A DNA stretch of 50,428 bases, from positions 1-50,428 of the forward strand of contig CAMDDF010000002.1 in NCBI GenBank assembly GCA_945890885.1, read 5' to 3'. Positions 50,227 through 50,428 of this stretch are shown one piece after another. The stretch's first letter is position 1. Each line of letters begins with the position of its first letter. A program made the translations under genes and the position numbers. This stretch comes from Candidatus Kuenenia stuttgartensis. GTDB taxonomy: Bacteria; Planctomycetota; Phycisphaerae; Sedimentisphaerales; CAMDDF01. Below the pieces are notes generated by a model. That model was not told where the DNA came from and made no database searches. It saw only the letters and a list, made by a program, of their open reading frames with translations.

Positions 50227-50428
50227 CTATGCCAGCCTGATATGCTGTGCCAGTGATTGATATTTTCTGATCAATTGTTCCTGATCACCGATGAAGCAGT
50301 ACCTTATCGAACCGTCGGGATTTCGAGATGCGATTCGCTTTAGAAGTGCTTCATCCACATCTTTTGGACAGCCGCCGATACCTATGCAATCTATTATCAC
50401 ACCCTTGTTTTTTAATCTGGCTGCGACA
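50227..50428 (-). CDS. C-terminal 66 codons of a vWA-like (von Willebrand factor type A) domain protein; the 5' end lies beyond the window
   Basis: My translation of the minus strand is ...VAARLKNKGVIIDCIGIGGCPKDVDEALLKRIASRNPDGSIRYCFIGDQEQLIRKYQSLAQHIRLA*. The pattern hydrophobic strand, GIG, D..LL..IA, G..Y, D...L is typical of the last strands of vWA domains. Confidence 0.5.
   Translation of the reverse strand, partial: VAARLKNKGVIIDCIGIGGCPKDVDEALLKRIASRNPDGSIRYCFIGDQEQLIRKYQSLAQHIRLA

Larger units (their letters stand above)
47544..50428. mobile_element. Proximal end of a tRNA-fMet-associated integrative island or prophage remnant; the far end lies beyond the window
   Basis: A tyrosine integrase sits 68 nt from the tRNA 3' end, with an excisionase-like HTH gene next to it, followed by small hypothetical membrane-protein genes. 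The conserved core gene order ends abruptly at the tRNA. Confidence 0.65.

Noticed and set aside
47600-50428. Search for a second copy of the tRNA-fMet 3' end (attR) within the island portion
   Set aside because: No repeat of GGTTCGAATCCAGCCCCCGC or a substantial part of it was seen, so the island's far boundary cannot be placed in this window.

Overview
Moderately AT-rich bacterial chromosome segment, mostly conserved core genes with two accessory regions. The organism is probably an anaerobe. The phylum cannot be assigned by eye. (1) 1-6045: an operon for a secreted S55-like peptidase and a secreted repeat protein, a membrane-anchored TPR-like protein, an RluD-type pseudouridine synthase, and a CPA1 K+/H+ antiporter. 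(2) 6046-13850: a five-gene [FeFe]-hydrogenase locus. It encodes NuoE-like, NuoF-like and HydA subunits (the electron-bifurcating trimer architecture), followed by a sensory HydS-type hydrogenase paralog with a PAS domain and a translationally overlapping PP2C/SpoIIE phosphatase. Upstream sit a near-consensus promoter and a perfect TGTGA-N6-TCACA palindrome. (3) 13851-14593: a 743-bp AT-rich gap with no convincing gene. (4) 14594-46974: an uninterrupted, same-strand, ~32-kb transcription/translation supercluster. Its order is tRNA-Thr, tuf, rpmG, tRNA-Trp, secE, nusG, rplKAJL, rpoBC, rpsL, rpsG, fusA, the S10/spc/alpha ribosomal operons, secY, adk, map, infA, rpmJ, rpoA, rplQ. (5) 47007-47543: a HIT hydrolase and an initiator tRNA-fMet. 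(6) 47544-50428: the start of an integrase-bearing island carrying a tyrosine recombinase, an excisionase-like HTH protein, three small membrane proteins and the C-terminus of a vWA-like protein, cut by the window edge. The most unusual items are the island cargo, the HydS-PP2C sensory pair, and a uL22 protein with an XRE-like HTH N-terminal extension. No CRISPR array, rRNA gene or transposase was seen. All calls come from reading the sequence and the ORF track. No database search was run.
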